Below are positions 16,521-25,745 of a stretch of 32,947 nucleotides of DNA, piece after piece. A model generated the notes under the pieces. It was not told the DNA's origin. It made no database searches and saw only the letters and a list, made by a program, of their open reading frames with translations. The position numbers and the translations under genes were made by a program. How positions within the stretch are numbered: the stretch's first letter is position 1; each line of letters starts with the position of its first letter. The DNA is taken from NCBI GenBank assembly GCA_039208735.1, contig JBCCQY010000105.1:1-32947 (forward strand), given 5' to 3'. This DNA is from Myxococcota bacterium (GTDB lineage: Bacteria; Myxococcota_A; UBA796; GCA-2862545).

Positions 16521-19076
16521 ATGGGCCAGGTGTCGGTCGGTTCGTGGACGCTCAACCCCACCGCGTCGGAGCTGCGTCGCGGAGGGGAACGGCTCCACTT
16601 GAGTCCGCTGGAACGTGAGTTTCTACGATACATCGCCGAGAGACCGGGGCAAACTGTCACCCGCGAGGAGCTGCTGCGCGAGGTTTGGAACTACGCGCCC
16701 CAAAGCCGAAGCCGCGCGATCTTCAGCACCGTGTCGCGGCTGCGGCTCAAGCTCGGCGGCGATGCCGCTTGTATCGTCAACATCTATGGTCTCGGCTACC
16801 GCTTCGAGCCGGCGGGTGACCCTGGGTTGATCGGGCGCGACCGTGAGCTGCAAAGACTTTCGGAACTCCTCACGAACGAGCGGGTCTGTGTGGTGTGGGG
16901 GCTCGGGGGCATCGGAAAAACCCGCTTGGTCCGGTCTGGGCTGCGGCCGGGTCACACCACGAGTCCAACCACTTGGATCGAGGCCACCTCGATGACCGAG
17001 GTGCCCGAGCTGGTGCTGGCGCTGGCCCGAACGATGGGCCTCGAACGACCCTCACTCGCTTCGGTAACGCTTGCCCTCGGCGCGGCAGGTTCGATGAATC
17101 TGGTGATCGACGGCGCGGAGCAGATCGGGACTCCCATCGTCCAGCCCGTGACGCAATGGCTCATGGCCAACCCCCAACTTCGCATCGTGTTGACCTCCCG
17201 AACCCTGCTCGGCAATACGTTGCCAAGCTTGCCGTTGCGGGCCCTCGACGTCGATGCGGGCCAGACCCTGTTCTTGAGATGCGCGGCGCAGTCTGGGGTC
17301 TCCGTCGAATCCGACCCTGACGTGGACGAACTGCGGTCGCTGGTGGACCAGCTCGCCGGCCTTCCGCTCGCGATCGAACTCGCCGCAGCCCGCACTCGAG
17401 TCCTCCCGATTGCCGATCTTCGACGTCGCCTCGAAACGAGCCTCGAGGTGCTGGAGGTCGGCGAACGCAGTGTCGCCTCGATCCTGGCCGTCTCCTGGCG
17501 CCTCCTCACGCCCGAAGACCAGAGGATTCTTAGACTCGCCGCCCTTTTCCCCGTGCCGTTCTCGGTTGAACAGCTGGAACGGGTCGCCCGCGAGGAGGTC
17601 ATCGACGAGTTGGACCACCTGGTGACAACATCGCTCGTGGTTCGGGATGGCCGTCGCTGGCGACTGCCCGAACTGGTGCGGAGGTTCGCCTCGGCCAAGC
17701 AATGCGACGAAGATCGAGCCAGCTACCGACGTGCGACGGTCGCATGGGCCAGGGATCTGTGGACGGATCCGACCAGAGGCTCAGAGACGCATCGACAACG
17801 GCTGCTCAACGCTGTTCCCGTGTTCGTCGATGCGCTTCGGCTCGCGACCGAGACGACGGACGCGGCCCACCTCGCCATCGCCATCGCCTTTCATGACGCG
17901 CTGATGGGTCCGGTGGCGCGAATGCGGCCCCACCTCGAGCGTCTGACCCTCGAAAAGCTGACGCCCCCCATCGCCGCCGAGGTTCAGCTGCGGCTTGCCC
18001 ATCAAGCCCACCGCGCCGCGCTACCCGATGCAGTTCGGTTCGCCAGACGGGGGCTCCGTCTCGCGGAGCAAATCGACGATGCTGAACTGACCGTCTCTGC
18101 GCTGAAGCTGATGATGCGGCTGACGGCGGGAAAACCGGAACAGACCACGCTACGAGCTCGTCTGCGCACCTTGTCCGATTCTTCCAACTCCAAGCTTCGA
18201 CTCGAGACTCGGGCGAAGATTCTCCTGTCCGACGCCCACCATCTGATGCAGGAGGGGCGCGCACTCGAGGCCCTGGATCGGCTCCGGACGTGCCTTGCGT
18301 GGCTCAATGACGACGAGCTGGAGCTGAAATCCTACGCGGTCAAGGCGATCAGCGAAGCGCTGAATGATCTCGGACGCCACAAGGAAGGCATCGGGCTGCT
18401 GGAGCGCACCTTCGACGAAATGGCAGCGCACGAGGGGTCGGGGGCTCATGTCCGTATCGGCGTTGGACTCGCCGCCACGCTCATCGATCTGGGGGAGCGC
18501 GAGCGAGCTGCCGAGATTCTTCCGGGTGTGTTGCAAGCCGCACAAAGAGGCGGCTACAACAGCATGGAAGCGGTGGCCACGCTGAACCTGGCCAGCGTTG
18601 CGTCGGATCCGGCGACCGCCGAACAGCTGTGCGTTCAGGCACGAGAAGTCGCACGACGTGGGGGTCGCACCGATCTCGCCGCGAGCGCGGAAGGCCGTCT
18701 GGGTCGAAAGAAGCTCGAACGCGGGCAAGCGCGCAAGGCCATCGAATCGCTCCAGCGGGCCTTGGGATGGCTGGGCGAAACGACCCCGCGTCGAGCCTGG
18801 CTGCGCCTGCTCCTGTCACTCGCGCAATGGGTATCGGGCGACGGGCAAACCGCACAGTCGACCCTTGATGAAACCCACCCCATGAGTGCCGCGGACCGCC
18901 ACGCCTTGGTGCTGTGCCGATTGGCGGTGCGGGAGGACTTCGAGGGATTCGAGGAACACGTTGCGAGCCTCGATGCGCCGTCCTCGAAGATCACGACGTG
19001 CATTCAGCTAATTCGCCAAATCGCACCGCTCGGTTCCCGAGCTTCAGCTTACAGGAGCGTGAGCGACGAACGCTGA
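16521..19076 (+). CDS. Winged-helix - STAND/NB-ARC ATPase - TPR transcriptional regulator
   Basis: wHTH LSPLEREFLRYI...VTREELLREVW...RAIFSTVSRLRLKL...IYGLGYRF; Walker A GLGGIGKT; Walker B LVIDGAE; LAGLPLAIELAAAR. Start placed at ATG 16521 because the upstream extension overlaps the divergent gene. Confidence 0.88.
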   Translation: MGQVSVGSWTLNPTASELRRGGERLHLSPLEREFLRYIAERPGQTVTREELLREVWNYAPQSRSRAIFSTVSRLRLKLGGDAACIVNIYGLGYRFEPAGDPGLIGRDRELQRLSELLTNERVCVVWGLGGIGKTRLVRSGLRPGHTTSPTTWIEATSMTEVPELVLALARTMGLERPSLASVTLALGAAGSMNLVIDGAEQIGTPIVQPVTQWLMANPQLRIVLTSRTLLGNTLPSLPLRALDVDAGQTLFLRCAAQSGVSVESDPDVDELRSLVDQLAGLPLAIELAAARTRVLPIADLRRRLETSLEVLEVGERSVASILAVSWRLLTPEDQRILRLAALFPVPFSVEQLERVAREEVIDELDHLVTTSLVVRDGRRWRLPELVRRFASAKQCDEDRASYRRATVAWARDLWTDPTRGSETHRQRLLNAVPVFVDALRLATETTDAAHLAIAIAFHDALMGPVARMRPHLERLTLEKLTPPIAAEVQLRLAHQAHRAALPDAVRFARRGLRLAEQIDDAELTVSALKLMMRLTAGKPEQTTLRARLRTLSDSSNSKLRLETRAKILLSDAHHLMQEGRALEALDRLRTCLAWLNDDELELKSYAVKAISEALNDLGRHKEGIGLLERTFDEMAAHEGSGAHVRIGVGLAATLIDLGERERAAEILPGVLQAAQRGGYNSMEAVATLNLASVASDPATAEQLCVQAREVARRGGRTDLAASAEGRLGRKKLERGQARKAIESLQRALGWLGETTPRRAWLRLLLSLAQWVSGDGQTAQSTLDETHPMSAADRHALVLCRLAVREDFEGFEEHVASLDAPSSKITTCIQLIRQIAPLGSRASAYRSVSDER

Positions 19077-19100
19077 CCTAGGGCCAGCGGGGTTGGAACA

Positions 19101-19670
19101 TCACTTCCCGGGCGCACCAAAGCGCCAACCCACCAATAGCAACGGTCCGCTAATATCGGGCAAGCCGGGATTGTAGGTCGAGGTGTCCGTGAAGTCGATG
19201 TCTTGCGTCCCAAGCGCGATGCCGGCAACGATCGCAGGCTCAACGAACAATCCAATCTTCTTGCTCGGGAACCACACAAATCCAAGACGAAGCGCAATCC
19301 GGGTAAATCCAGAGTTCTCCTGGGCTTCATTGGTATCGGTGTCGGTCACGTCTACATCGTAGAAGTAGGTGACCCCGCCCCCAACGTTCAAGCCGCGCTG
19401 GCCTTTGCTTAGGATGAATCGGGTGTAATGAACGTCAAGGTACCTGCGATATTCGGAGAACGCATTGCCGGGGGTGTAGAACGACGGGCGCTCAATCCAG
19501 GTCGTCGAAACCGAGAACCGGTTCTTCCCCCAGCCCACGCCGGCTTCCGCATGAAATCCACCCAAGAACGGCGTGAACACTTCGGTCGACAACGAGATGC
19601 CAAATCCGTCGCGAGCCCCGTCTTTTGCCTGCGCAGCGCCCGTTCCCAACGCCAATGCCATGAGCCACAT
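19101..19670 (-). CDS. Small outer-membrane beta-barrel-like protein
   Basis: GGAGGTG RBS; signal MWLMALALGTGAAQA|K; alternating amphipathic strands, with LLLVGWRF near the C-terminus. Confidence 0.7.
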   Translation of the reverse strand: MWLMALALGTGAAQAKDGARDGFGISLSTEVFTPFLGGFHAEAGVGWGKNRFSVSTTWIERPSFYTPGNAFSEYRRYLDVHYTRFILSKGQRGLNVGGGVTYFYDVDVTDTDTNEAQENSGFTRIALRLGFVWFPSKKIGLFVEPAIVAGIALGTQDIDFTDTSTYNPGLPDISGPLLLVGWRFGAPGK

Positions 19671-19717
19671 GCCATCACCTCCGGGGCCGATGATGGCACG
19701 GACGTTCGGGTTGTCGC

Positions 19718-20419
19718 TCAATCGGCTTGGTCAGTGTTCTCGCCTTTCCTGCAGCTCACCGACGTACGGCGCGTCGCCTGGGTTCGGATCTGCGCAACCT
19801 CCTTGTCCGACAGGCCTTTCCGACCGGGGATCGCTTCCGTGCAATGGCCGCTCATCATCAAGCGTTCCGCAGCTTCGGGGCGACAGAGCGTGTGCCGCAG
19901 CCCCAGCGCATGTCCAAGCTCATGAGCCCACTTTCGGACCGGAGGCAGTTTCCCGCGACCCGTTCGCGCCGACACGAAGGCTCCCCCACGTTCGGCGTCG
20001 CAAAGAAAGGCCCCGCCGACTTTCAGCGTGGTGAGATTGCCCACCACATAAAGGTCAAAGCCTTGGGGCGCGAGCCGTTGCTTAGGGCGCACCAACGCTT
20101 TGAGAGCTGCCGTATGGTGTTGTCGTCCGGCAGCGGCTTCCTGCCAAGGTCCCAGCGCTCCCACGGGCTCCACGACCACCGACTCGACTTGCCAGGCGAC
20201 CCTCGCTGGAGCGAAGATCTCGTCGATACCTTCGAGCTGGGTCGATAGCGTCGAACCGGCGCGCAAACCTCGAGCATCGACGTCCGGGTTGTCGGAGGCA
20301 AAGAGGTGGACCCGTAGGGGCAATGGCGTTCGATGAGGGGGAGGCGGCGCTTCCACCGTCGACTTCGCCGTGCAACCGCTCGTCAAGAGCCCTCCCATGA
20401 GCCACCAAGCGTCCCGCAT
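19718..20419 (-). CDS. Zinc metalloprotease lipoprotein (metzincin, M43/M10-like)
   Basis: Lipobox LLTSG|C; zinc motif HELGHALGLRH (HExxHxxGxxH); downstream Met-turn RLMM; CAGGAGG RBS. Confidence 0.85.
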   Translation of the reverse strand: MRDAWWLMGGLLTSGCTAKSTVEAPPPPHRTPLPLRVHLFASDNPDVDARGLRAGSTLSTQLEGIDEIFAPARVAWQVESVVVEPVGALGPWQEAAAGRQHHTAALKALVRPKQRLAPQGFDLYVVGNLTTLKVGGAFLCDAERGGAFVSARTGRGKLPPVRKWAHELGHALGLRHTLCRPEAAERLMMSGHCTEAIPGRKGLSDKEVAQIRTQATRRTSVSCRKGENTDQAD

Positions 20420-20476
20420 CTGTCCTCCTGCGGGAACTCGAATCGGGCGTGGTCGAGGGCGCCTTGAACACCAGAA

Positions 20477-21490
20477 TCAGGAGGGGTCGGGTCGAGGCTC
20501 GACGCCGGGGGGCCACCCCAGCATGAAGTCGACGTAGATCGAAAGAAGTTCTCCCTCGGCGTTCATGCTGACGTACACCGGGTAGCCTCCCTCTCCCCAG
20601 CCTGAGTCCACCACCACGCCGTCATGGGCGTTCGCGAACGAGACCCAGTGACCACACGGAGGTTCGGCCGACGTATACGCGTCGAAGGCCTTTGCCTTTT
20701 CGCGGGCCGTGAGCCCGACCAGTGCGGAAGCATCGAGCATCACCAGACCCGCATCGATGCCCAGCACGAACCCTCCGTCATCGAGCGTGCCCTCGCAGTA
20801 GCGCGCATGTTCCCCCTCCTGAAACCGGATGCGGACCGCCGCATGTCGGCCGAACGCGATCGCTACCTCGACGGGCCACTGCCCCACGGGCACCGATGTT
20901 TGCAACGCGCGGAGGGCAGAGGCACCGTAGGCAAAGTCCCCGAGCACCAGCGCACCCGTCGACAGGTGCAGGCTACCCAAGGTGCATACCGTCACCTCGG
21001 AAGACTGCGGATGGGGATTTCCCTCTTCGAGGACGTGAGCCAAGCCTTGGCCCGAAAACCACCGATGCGGCTCATCGTCTTCTTGTGCCTCGACCCATCC
21101 TCCCTCCGGTGACGAAAGAAGCCTCGTTTCCGCGTCGGCATCGAGAAACAGGGTCCCTTCAGCATCGAGAAAGGCATCGATGCGCAGAATGCGCCAATCT
21201 CCTTCGACGGGTTCAAGCACATAGGCGAAGAACGGTCCCGAGGTGGAGGTCTCGACCACCACTCGATCCTCGTGCTGAGAGAAGCCAAGGATGGTCTCGT
21301 CGTCGAGCGAATGCAGGCACGGCGATCCGAGCTGTGTGTCTAGCCCAGATGACATACCAGGGACAAAGTGGGCTTCTTCCAGGGCTGGCACCAGCCTGGC
21401 CCAGACCGTTAAGTCCAGCGACTCCGGCAATCCATCGTAGGCCGCCTCGTAGGCCTCGATGAAGCGTTTGACTCGTTCGGTAGGTTCCAC
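20477..21490 (-). CDS. DUF4241-like domain protein with N-terminal NTF2-like segment (putative immunity protein)
   Basis: LGSLHLSTGALVLGD, VPVGQWPV, LGIDAG and SGWGEGGYPVY...IYVDF resemble DUF4241; very acidic; N-terminal YVLEPVEGDWRILRID strand pair. Confidence 0.7.
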   Translation of the reverse strand: MEPTERVKRFIEAYEAAYDGLPESLDLTVWARLVPALEEAHFVPGMSSGLDTQLGSPCLHSLDDETILGFSQHEDRVVVETSTSGPFFAYVLEPVEGDWRILRIDAFLDAEGTLFLDADAETRLLSSPEGGWVEAQEDDEPHRWFSGQGLAHVLEEGNPHPQSSEVTVCTLGSLHLSTGALVLGDFAYGASALRALQTSVPVGQWPVEVAIAFGRHAAVRIRFQEGEHARYCEGTLDDGGFVLGIDAGLVMLDASALVGLTAREKAKAFDAYTSAEPPCGHWVSFANAHDGVVVDSGWGEGGYPVYVSMNAEGELLSIYVDFMLGWPPGVEPRPDPS

Positions 21491-21602
21491 TTCCTCTCCT
21501 CGAACCGTCCGTCTCCTATCGCCTGGGGTGCAACCTCACCGCGACCCCGAATGGGGGTTTGAATTCGTTACTCGTGCGACGGAAACCAGGGAGATTGTGG
21601 AA

Positions 21603-21905
21603 ATGGCAGGAACCACCTACGGCGGAGAGGCCTTCGAGGACGTTCGCCGACGACGCTTCCGCCTGCTGGTCAGCTATCTGCTGGTGCTCGCTCTCATCTC
21701 GGTCCCTACGCCCTTTCTCACCCGGATCGACGGGCCCAATGTGCCATTCGAGAGCTACGCGATCAGCGGCATGCTGATGGTCTTCACGATCGTGTACAGC
21801 AGCGCCCTGTTGGCCGTACGCGCCGCTGACGAAGCGCCGCCGACCGTCGAGCATGCTCAAGCGGATTGTACTCGCGTCCGCATTGGGCGGCCCCTTCTTC
21901 GGTAG
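21603..21905 (+). CDS. Small two-helix membrane protein
   Basis: GGGAG upstream; RRRRFR followed by two hydrophobic segments; fills the gap between the flanking genes. Confidence 0.55.
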   Translation: MAGTTYGGEAFEDVRRRRFRLLVSYLLVLALISVPTPFLTRIDGPNVPFESYAISGMLMVFTIVYSSALLAVRAADEAPPTVEHAQADCTRVRIGRPLLR

Positions 21906-21932
21906 GATGAACTTCACCCCCGAGGCAGGCCG

Positions 21933-23207
21933 ATGGCGACCATTACTGCACTGTATCGCCAGACGCGCAAGGGATGGGAAGCGGTCGAGTTCATGGAAGC
22001 CCGGATCGTCGACAACTACGGCGTGTGGATTCGCCGCCGGCGGCCCGACTCGGTCGAAACGTTGCGCCAACGGTTCTTTGATTCCGCCGAAGAGGCGGCG
22101 TCGGTCCTCGACACCGCAAAGCGAAACCTCATTCGCATGGGATTCGCACCAACGATGCCAGACGACCCGGCATTGGCTGACCCTGCAGTCCAAGGCTTGT
22201 TTGCGAACCCACAGTTCGACGCTGCGCGTCAGGTCCTCCGAGACTGGCTCGTCGAGCAGAAGCATCCGCACGCGCCGTTTCTCGACCCCGAGGAGACAGA
22301 ACGGCTGCACACCCGATGGTTTGCTGCGTGGATGACCCACTATCGATGCGCCATCTCACAGGGCTTTCTCGAGGAACTCGACATTGGTGTTTCGACGGAA
22401 GTTCCTACCGATTTGGTGTTTCGACTCACGGAGTTGCAGCGCCACATCGGCGCACGATTCCTCTACAGCCTAAATGTACTGGATCAGGGGATCACCGAGA
22501 TCAATGCCGTCATCGAAACGCTCCGTCGGTCAGGATGCCCTTCCCTTCGCCGCCTCGGGCTGCGAACCCTGACGCAGGACCCCCTGGCCCTTGAAGGCTT
22601 GGCTACGTGGGCCCCCCAACTTGAAGAGTTGATGTTCGCCGGAGAAGCCGAAGCGCCTTCGGTCCCTACAGGATTGCGAAGCCTCCACTTCGCGGGAGGA
22701 CCCCTGACCGAGGCATGGCTCCGAGCCCTTCGCCCTTGCGCGCTTACCCACCTCGCGCTGAGTGCCGAAACCACCGGGCCCTGGAGCGAGCTGTTGCAGT
22801 CGCCCATTTGCCGCGAACTGCAGACCTTGTCCGTGCGGGGCAGAGGTCCCCTTCGCACGTGGCTGCCGGAACGCTGTCCATTCGAGTCTTCCCTGGTTGA
22901 AGCGGACCTTCGCGGCTGGCAAGGTCCTCAAGAGGAAGTGGTCACCCTTGTCGACCGGTTTCCAGCCCTGCGACGTCTGCGCATCCGTCGCCACGACCGC
23001 GCCCTTGCGGCACCGTTCCGAGCCCGCGGGGTGCGGGTGGATAGTCATGGCCAAACCTATGATGTTCGCCGCCAACTCGAGGTGGGCTGGCGAATTCCCT
23101 CTCCACAGCTCCGCGTATTGCGGCGGTTTCACGGCAATCCACCCGCCATCAGCGAACTGCGAACGCAATCATCCGACGCCAATTACTACGAGCCCATCCA
23201 AGAGTGA
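21933..23207 (+). CDS. WGR-like / TIGR02996-like / leucine-rich repeat protein
   Basis: FFDSAEEAASVL...RMGF (WGR-like C-terminal helix); FANPQFDAARQVLRDWLVEQKHP (TIGR02996-like); LRR units PSLRRLGL, PQLEELMF, GLRSLHF, ALTHLAL, ELQTLSV, PALRRLRI. Confidence 0.75.
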   Translation: MATITALYRQTRKGWEAVEFMEARIVDNYGVWIRRRRPDSVETLRQRFFDSAEEAASVLDTAKRNLIRMGFAPTMPDDPALADPAVQGLFANPQFDAARQVLRDWLVEQKHPHAPFLDPEETERLHTRWFAAWMTHYRCAISQGFLEELDIGVSTEVPTDLVFRLTELQRHIGARFLYSLNVLDQGITEINAVIETLRRSGCPSLRRLGLRTLTQDPLALEGLATWAPQLEELMFAGEAEAPSVPTGLRSLHFAGGPLTEAWLRALRPCALTHLALSAETTGPWSELLQSPICRELQTLSVRGRGPLRTWLPERCPFESSLVEADLRGWQGPQEEVVTLVDRFPALRRLRIRRHDRALAAPFRARGVRVDSHGQTYDVRRQLEVGWRIPSPQLRVLRRFHGNPPAISELRTQSSDANYYEPIQE

Positions 23208-23323
23208 GCGGTAAGCCCGTCGGCAATTTTTTCGATCCGATCCGATCCGGTCCGTTCCCTGCCCCACACTTTTGGGAGTGACAGCGGCACGACTTTGCAG
23301 GCGTGCTGGTTGGGGGAGGGTGA

Positions 23324-24574
23324 ATGCAGCGCCGTGCGTGGCACTCGAATTGGTGGATCGTCGCCGCAGCCTTGGCGATGGCCCTCGGAGTGGCGCGTCC
23401 GTCGCTGGCCGCCCCCGACTCCATTCGAGTTCCCATCACCTTACCTGCCGGCGAGGACCCCACCGCATGGCGAACGCCTCTCGAAGCCGCCGGTCTCGAG
23501 TTGGCCCTTTCGGCTCGCGGGGCGGCGGTCCGAATCGAAGCCGGAGGGCCTCGCTGGCGACTCGTGGCCGTCGAAAACCACAAGATCGTTCGAGAGCTTT
23601 TCGTCCAGTCCCCGAGAACCGAGACCGACCGGCGAGAGTTGGCGGTCCTCGCTCGCGCCCTAAGTCAGGGCATCCGACCGCCCGAACTTCCCGACTCGCC
23701 GTCCGCGCCTCCGCCCCCTCCTTTGGTGTGGCTGACCGTGCCCGAACCTGTAGTCCAAGAGATCGAGCCTCCGCCTGCGCCGAAACCCACCGAAACCGAC
23801 GAACCCGAACCCGAGCCCGCATTCGACGAGCTTGAGCCCGAACCGATGGACGGGACCCAAGACGATGAGGGGGTCGCCCCTCCCCCAACCCGGGACTTAG
23901 CGCCCTGGTGGCCGTTTCGACGGCGGACCGAGCCGCGTGAGCCAAACGAGACGCGCCCTCGCAAGCGACGCAAACGAGTGAGTGAGGCCCCACCCACGGC
24001 GCTGTTCGTCGGAGCGTCCTTTCGTGAGGGCGTCGAAGCTGCGGGGGCCTTTGGTGTGCAGACCGATGCGTTCACCACGGGGCCGTTTAGCCTCACCACC
24101 GAGTTCGCGGTGCAGCCGGCTCGCGGATTCCCACGCTTTGGCGATGAAGTAGCTGCCGCCGAGGAATGGTGGAGACACTACATCGACCTGCGCGGCCTCG
24201 TCGGGGCGGGCCTCCGGTTGTCGCCAGGGTTTCGCGTTCATGCCGTGGCCGGGGCGGCCCATCGTACCTACCGCCAACAGTTTCGCCCCGTTCGCACCTC
24301 GGTCATGCCGGTGGTTGGGGGCCAAGTGGAGGCGGTGGCCGGAGGTCTGTTTCGCTTCGGCGTCCGACTGCAGGCCCTCACGGACCTCCGCATGACCACC
24401 CTGGAAGACTCGCTGGGGGTGACGCGCTCCCTGTCGCCGCTTGATGTCGCGGTTCACGCCGTGTTCCGCGTGCATCCCCGCCAGCGGAAACGGGTCAGCC
24501 GAACCTCCCCCGAAGACACGGTGCGCGAACGCGTGCTCGACCCCATCGATCTCGAGAGCCTGCCCGAGCAATGA
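23324..24574 (+). CDS. Secreted protein: N-terminal domain, Pro/Glu-rich linker, C-terminal beta-barrel-like domain
   Basis: Signal peptide ending RPSLA; PPPPP/EPEPEP linker; amphipathic strands at the C-terminus; stop overlaps the next ATG (ATGA). Confidence 0.75.
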   Translation: MQRRAWHSNWWIVAAALAMALGVARPSLAAPDSIRVPITLPAGEDPTAWRTPLEAAGLELALSARGAAVRIEAGGPRWRLVAVENHKIVRELFVQSPRTETDRRELAVLARALSQGIRPPELPDSPSAPPPPPLVWLTVPEPVVQEIEPPPAPKPTETDEPEPEPAFDELEPEPMDGTQDDEGVAPPPTRDLAPWWPFRRRTEPREPNETRPRKRRKRVSEAPPTALFVGASFREGVEAAGAFGVQTDAFTTGPFSLTTEFAVQPARGFPRFGDEVAAAEEWWRHYIDLRGLVGAGLRLSPGFRVHAVAGAAHRTYRQQFRPVRTSVMPVVGGQVEAVAGGLFRFGVRLQALTDLRMTTLEDSLGVTRSLSPLDVAVHAVFRVHPRQRKRVSRTSPEDTVRERVLDPIDLESLPEQ

Positions 24575-25149
24575 TCATGCTTTTACCCGCCTTGTTCATA
24601 TCGATCGCGTCTGCGCAGTCCGACGAGGAATTCGTGGAGGACCCGGCTCCTCGCGCTCGGCCTTGGCCGATTCGGGTGCTGACGGGTCCCGCCGTGCGGA
24701 ACAACACCGCCGCAGGGCCCTTTTTCGAACTGGGATTCCGCGCGGCTGGAGACCGTCGGATTCATCTCGATCTTGGCCTGAACGTCACCCCGCCACGCAT
24801 TTTCACCCTGCCGGGACCGCGGCGCTTTCACGTAAGCGTCGACGCGATCGCTGATCTGGTCTTCGACATTGGGCCCTACCTGTCGACAGGCCCGACCGCA
24901 GGCATTTCGTACCGGCTGTTTGGGCAGCGTTTCAACCTGATTCAGGGAACGCCCATGGGCGTGTTCGGATGGATGGCGGGCATCACGTTGTTTCGTGGAC
25001 GAAACGTCGGGATGATGATGAATGCTCGGATCGTCGTCGACAGCCGACCCGTCGATCTGATTCTCGCAACCTCCCAGATCCAACGCATGCCGATCACCGA
25101 AGGCCGCCTGGGTTTTGGCATGACATTCGGCCGAAGGAAGACGCCATGA
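24571..25149 (+). CDS. Small outer-membrane beta-barrel-like protein
   Basis: Signal MIMLLPALFISIASA|Q; amphipathic strands ending GRLGFGMTF; ATGA overlaps at both ends. Confidence 0.75.
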   Translation: MIMLLPALFISIASAQSDEEFVEDPAPRARPWPIRVLTGPAVRNNTAAGPFFELGFRAAGDRRIHLDLGLNVTPPRIFTLPGPRRFHVSVDAIADLVFDIGPYLSTGPTAGISYRLFGQRFNLIQGTPMGVFGWMAGITLFRGRNVGMMMNARIVVDSRPVDLILATSQIQRMPITEGRLGFGMTFGRRKTP

Positions 25150-25745
25150 GCACGCGATGGATGATGACCGCGCGGTTGCCGCCAGAAGAGTTGGTGCTCG
25201 ATGCACTGAGTGGCGGTCAGCATGAGGTCAATGCGCTGGCCCGAGCGTGGCTGCCGCATGTCTACCGCTGGTGCGCCCGCCTCGGGGGGCCGGGTTTCGA
25301 TTCCGAAGACGCAGCCCACGAAGTGTTGATCACGATGTGCCGACGTCTCGGTGGCCTCCGTGATGCCGGACAGTTCCCGGCCTGGCTGTTTGGCATCACC
25401 CGACGCACCTTAGCCAACCACCGGCGGCGTGCATGGTGGCGACGTTGGCTCCCTGCGGCGGTCATCGAGGAACGACCGGCCCCTGGCGGGCCCCAGCGCC
25501 ACGTCGAGATCAGCGATGCTCATCGGATCGTTTGGACCGCCCTTTCGGCGTTGTCGGAAGCGCACCGGGAGGTGCTCGTGTTGTGTGAGCTGGAGGAACG
25601 GTCGGGCAGTGAGGCTGCGGTCTTGCTCGGGATTCCTTTGGGCACGGTGAAGTCTCGCCTACGTGCGGCTCGCACTCGCTTTCGGGCTGAACTCGGAGAA
25701 GAAGAAGACGTGCCAAGCGACAGTGTGGTGGGAGGTGGCCGATGA
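25146..25745 (+). CDS. ECF RNA polymerase sigma-70 factor
   Basis: Region 2 DSEDAAHEVL...FPAWLFGITRR; region 4 LSEAHREVLVLCELEERSGSEAAVLLGIPLGTVKSRLRAAR. Confidence 0.92.
   Translation: MSTRWMMTARLPPEELVLDALSGGQHEVNALARAWLPHVYRWCARLGGPGFDSEDAAHEVLITMCRRLGGLRDAGQFPAWLFGITRRTLANHRRRAWWRRWLPAAVIEERPAPGGPQRHVEISDAHRIVWTALSALSEAHREVLVLCELEERSGSEAAVLLGIPLGTVKSRLRAARTRFRAELGEEEDVPSDSVVGGGR

Noticed and set aside
23690..23850. Repetitive CCC/GAA-CCC DNA
   Set aside because: Explained by the Pro/Glu-rich protein linker; not an independent DNA repeat.
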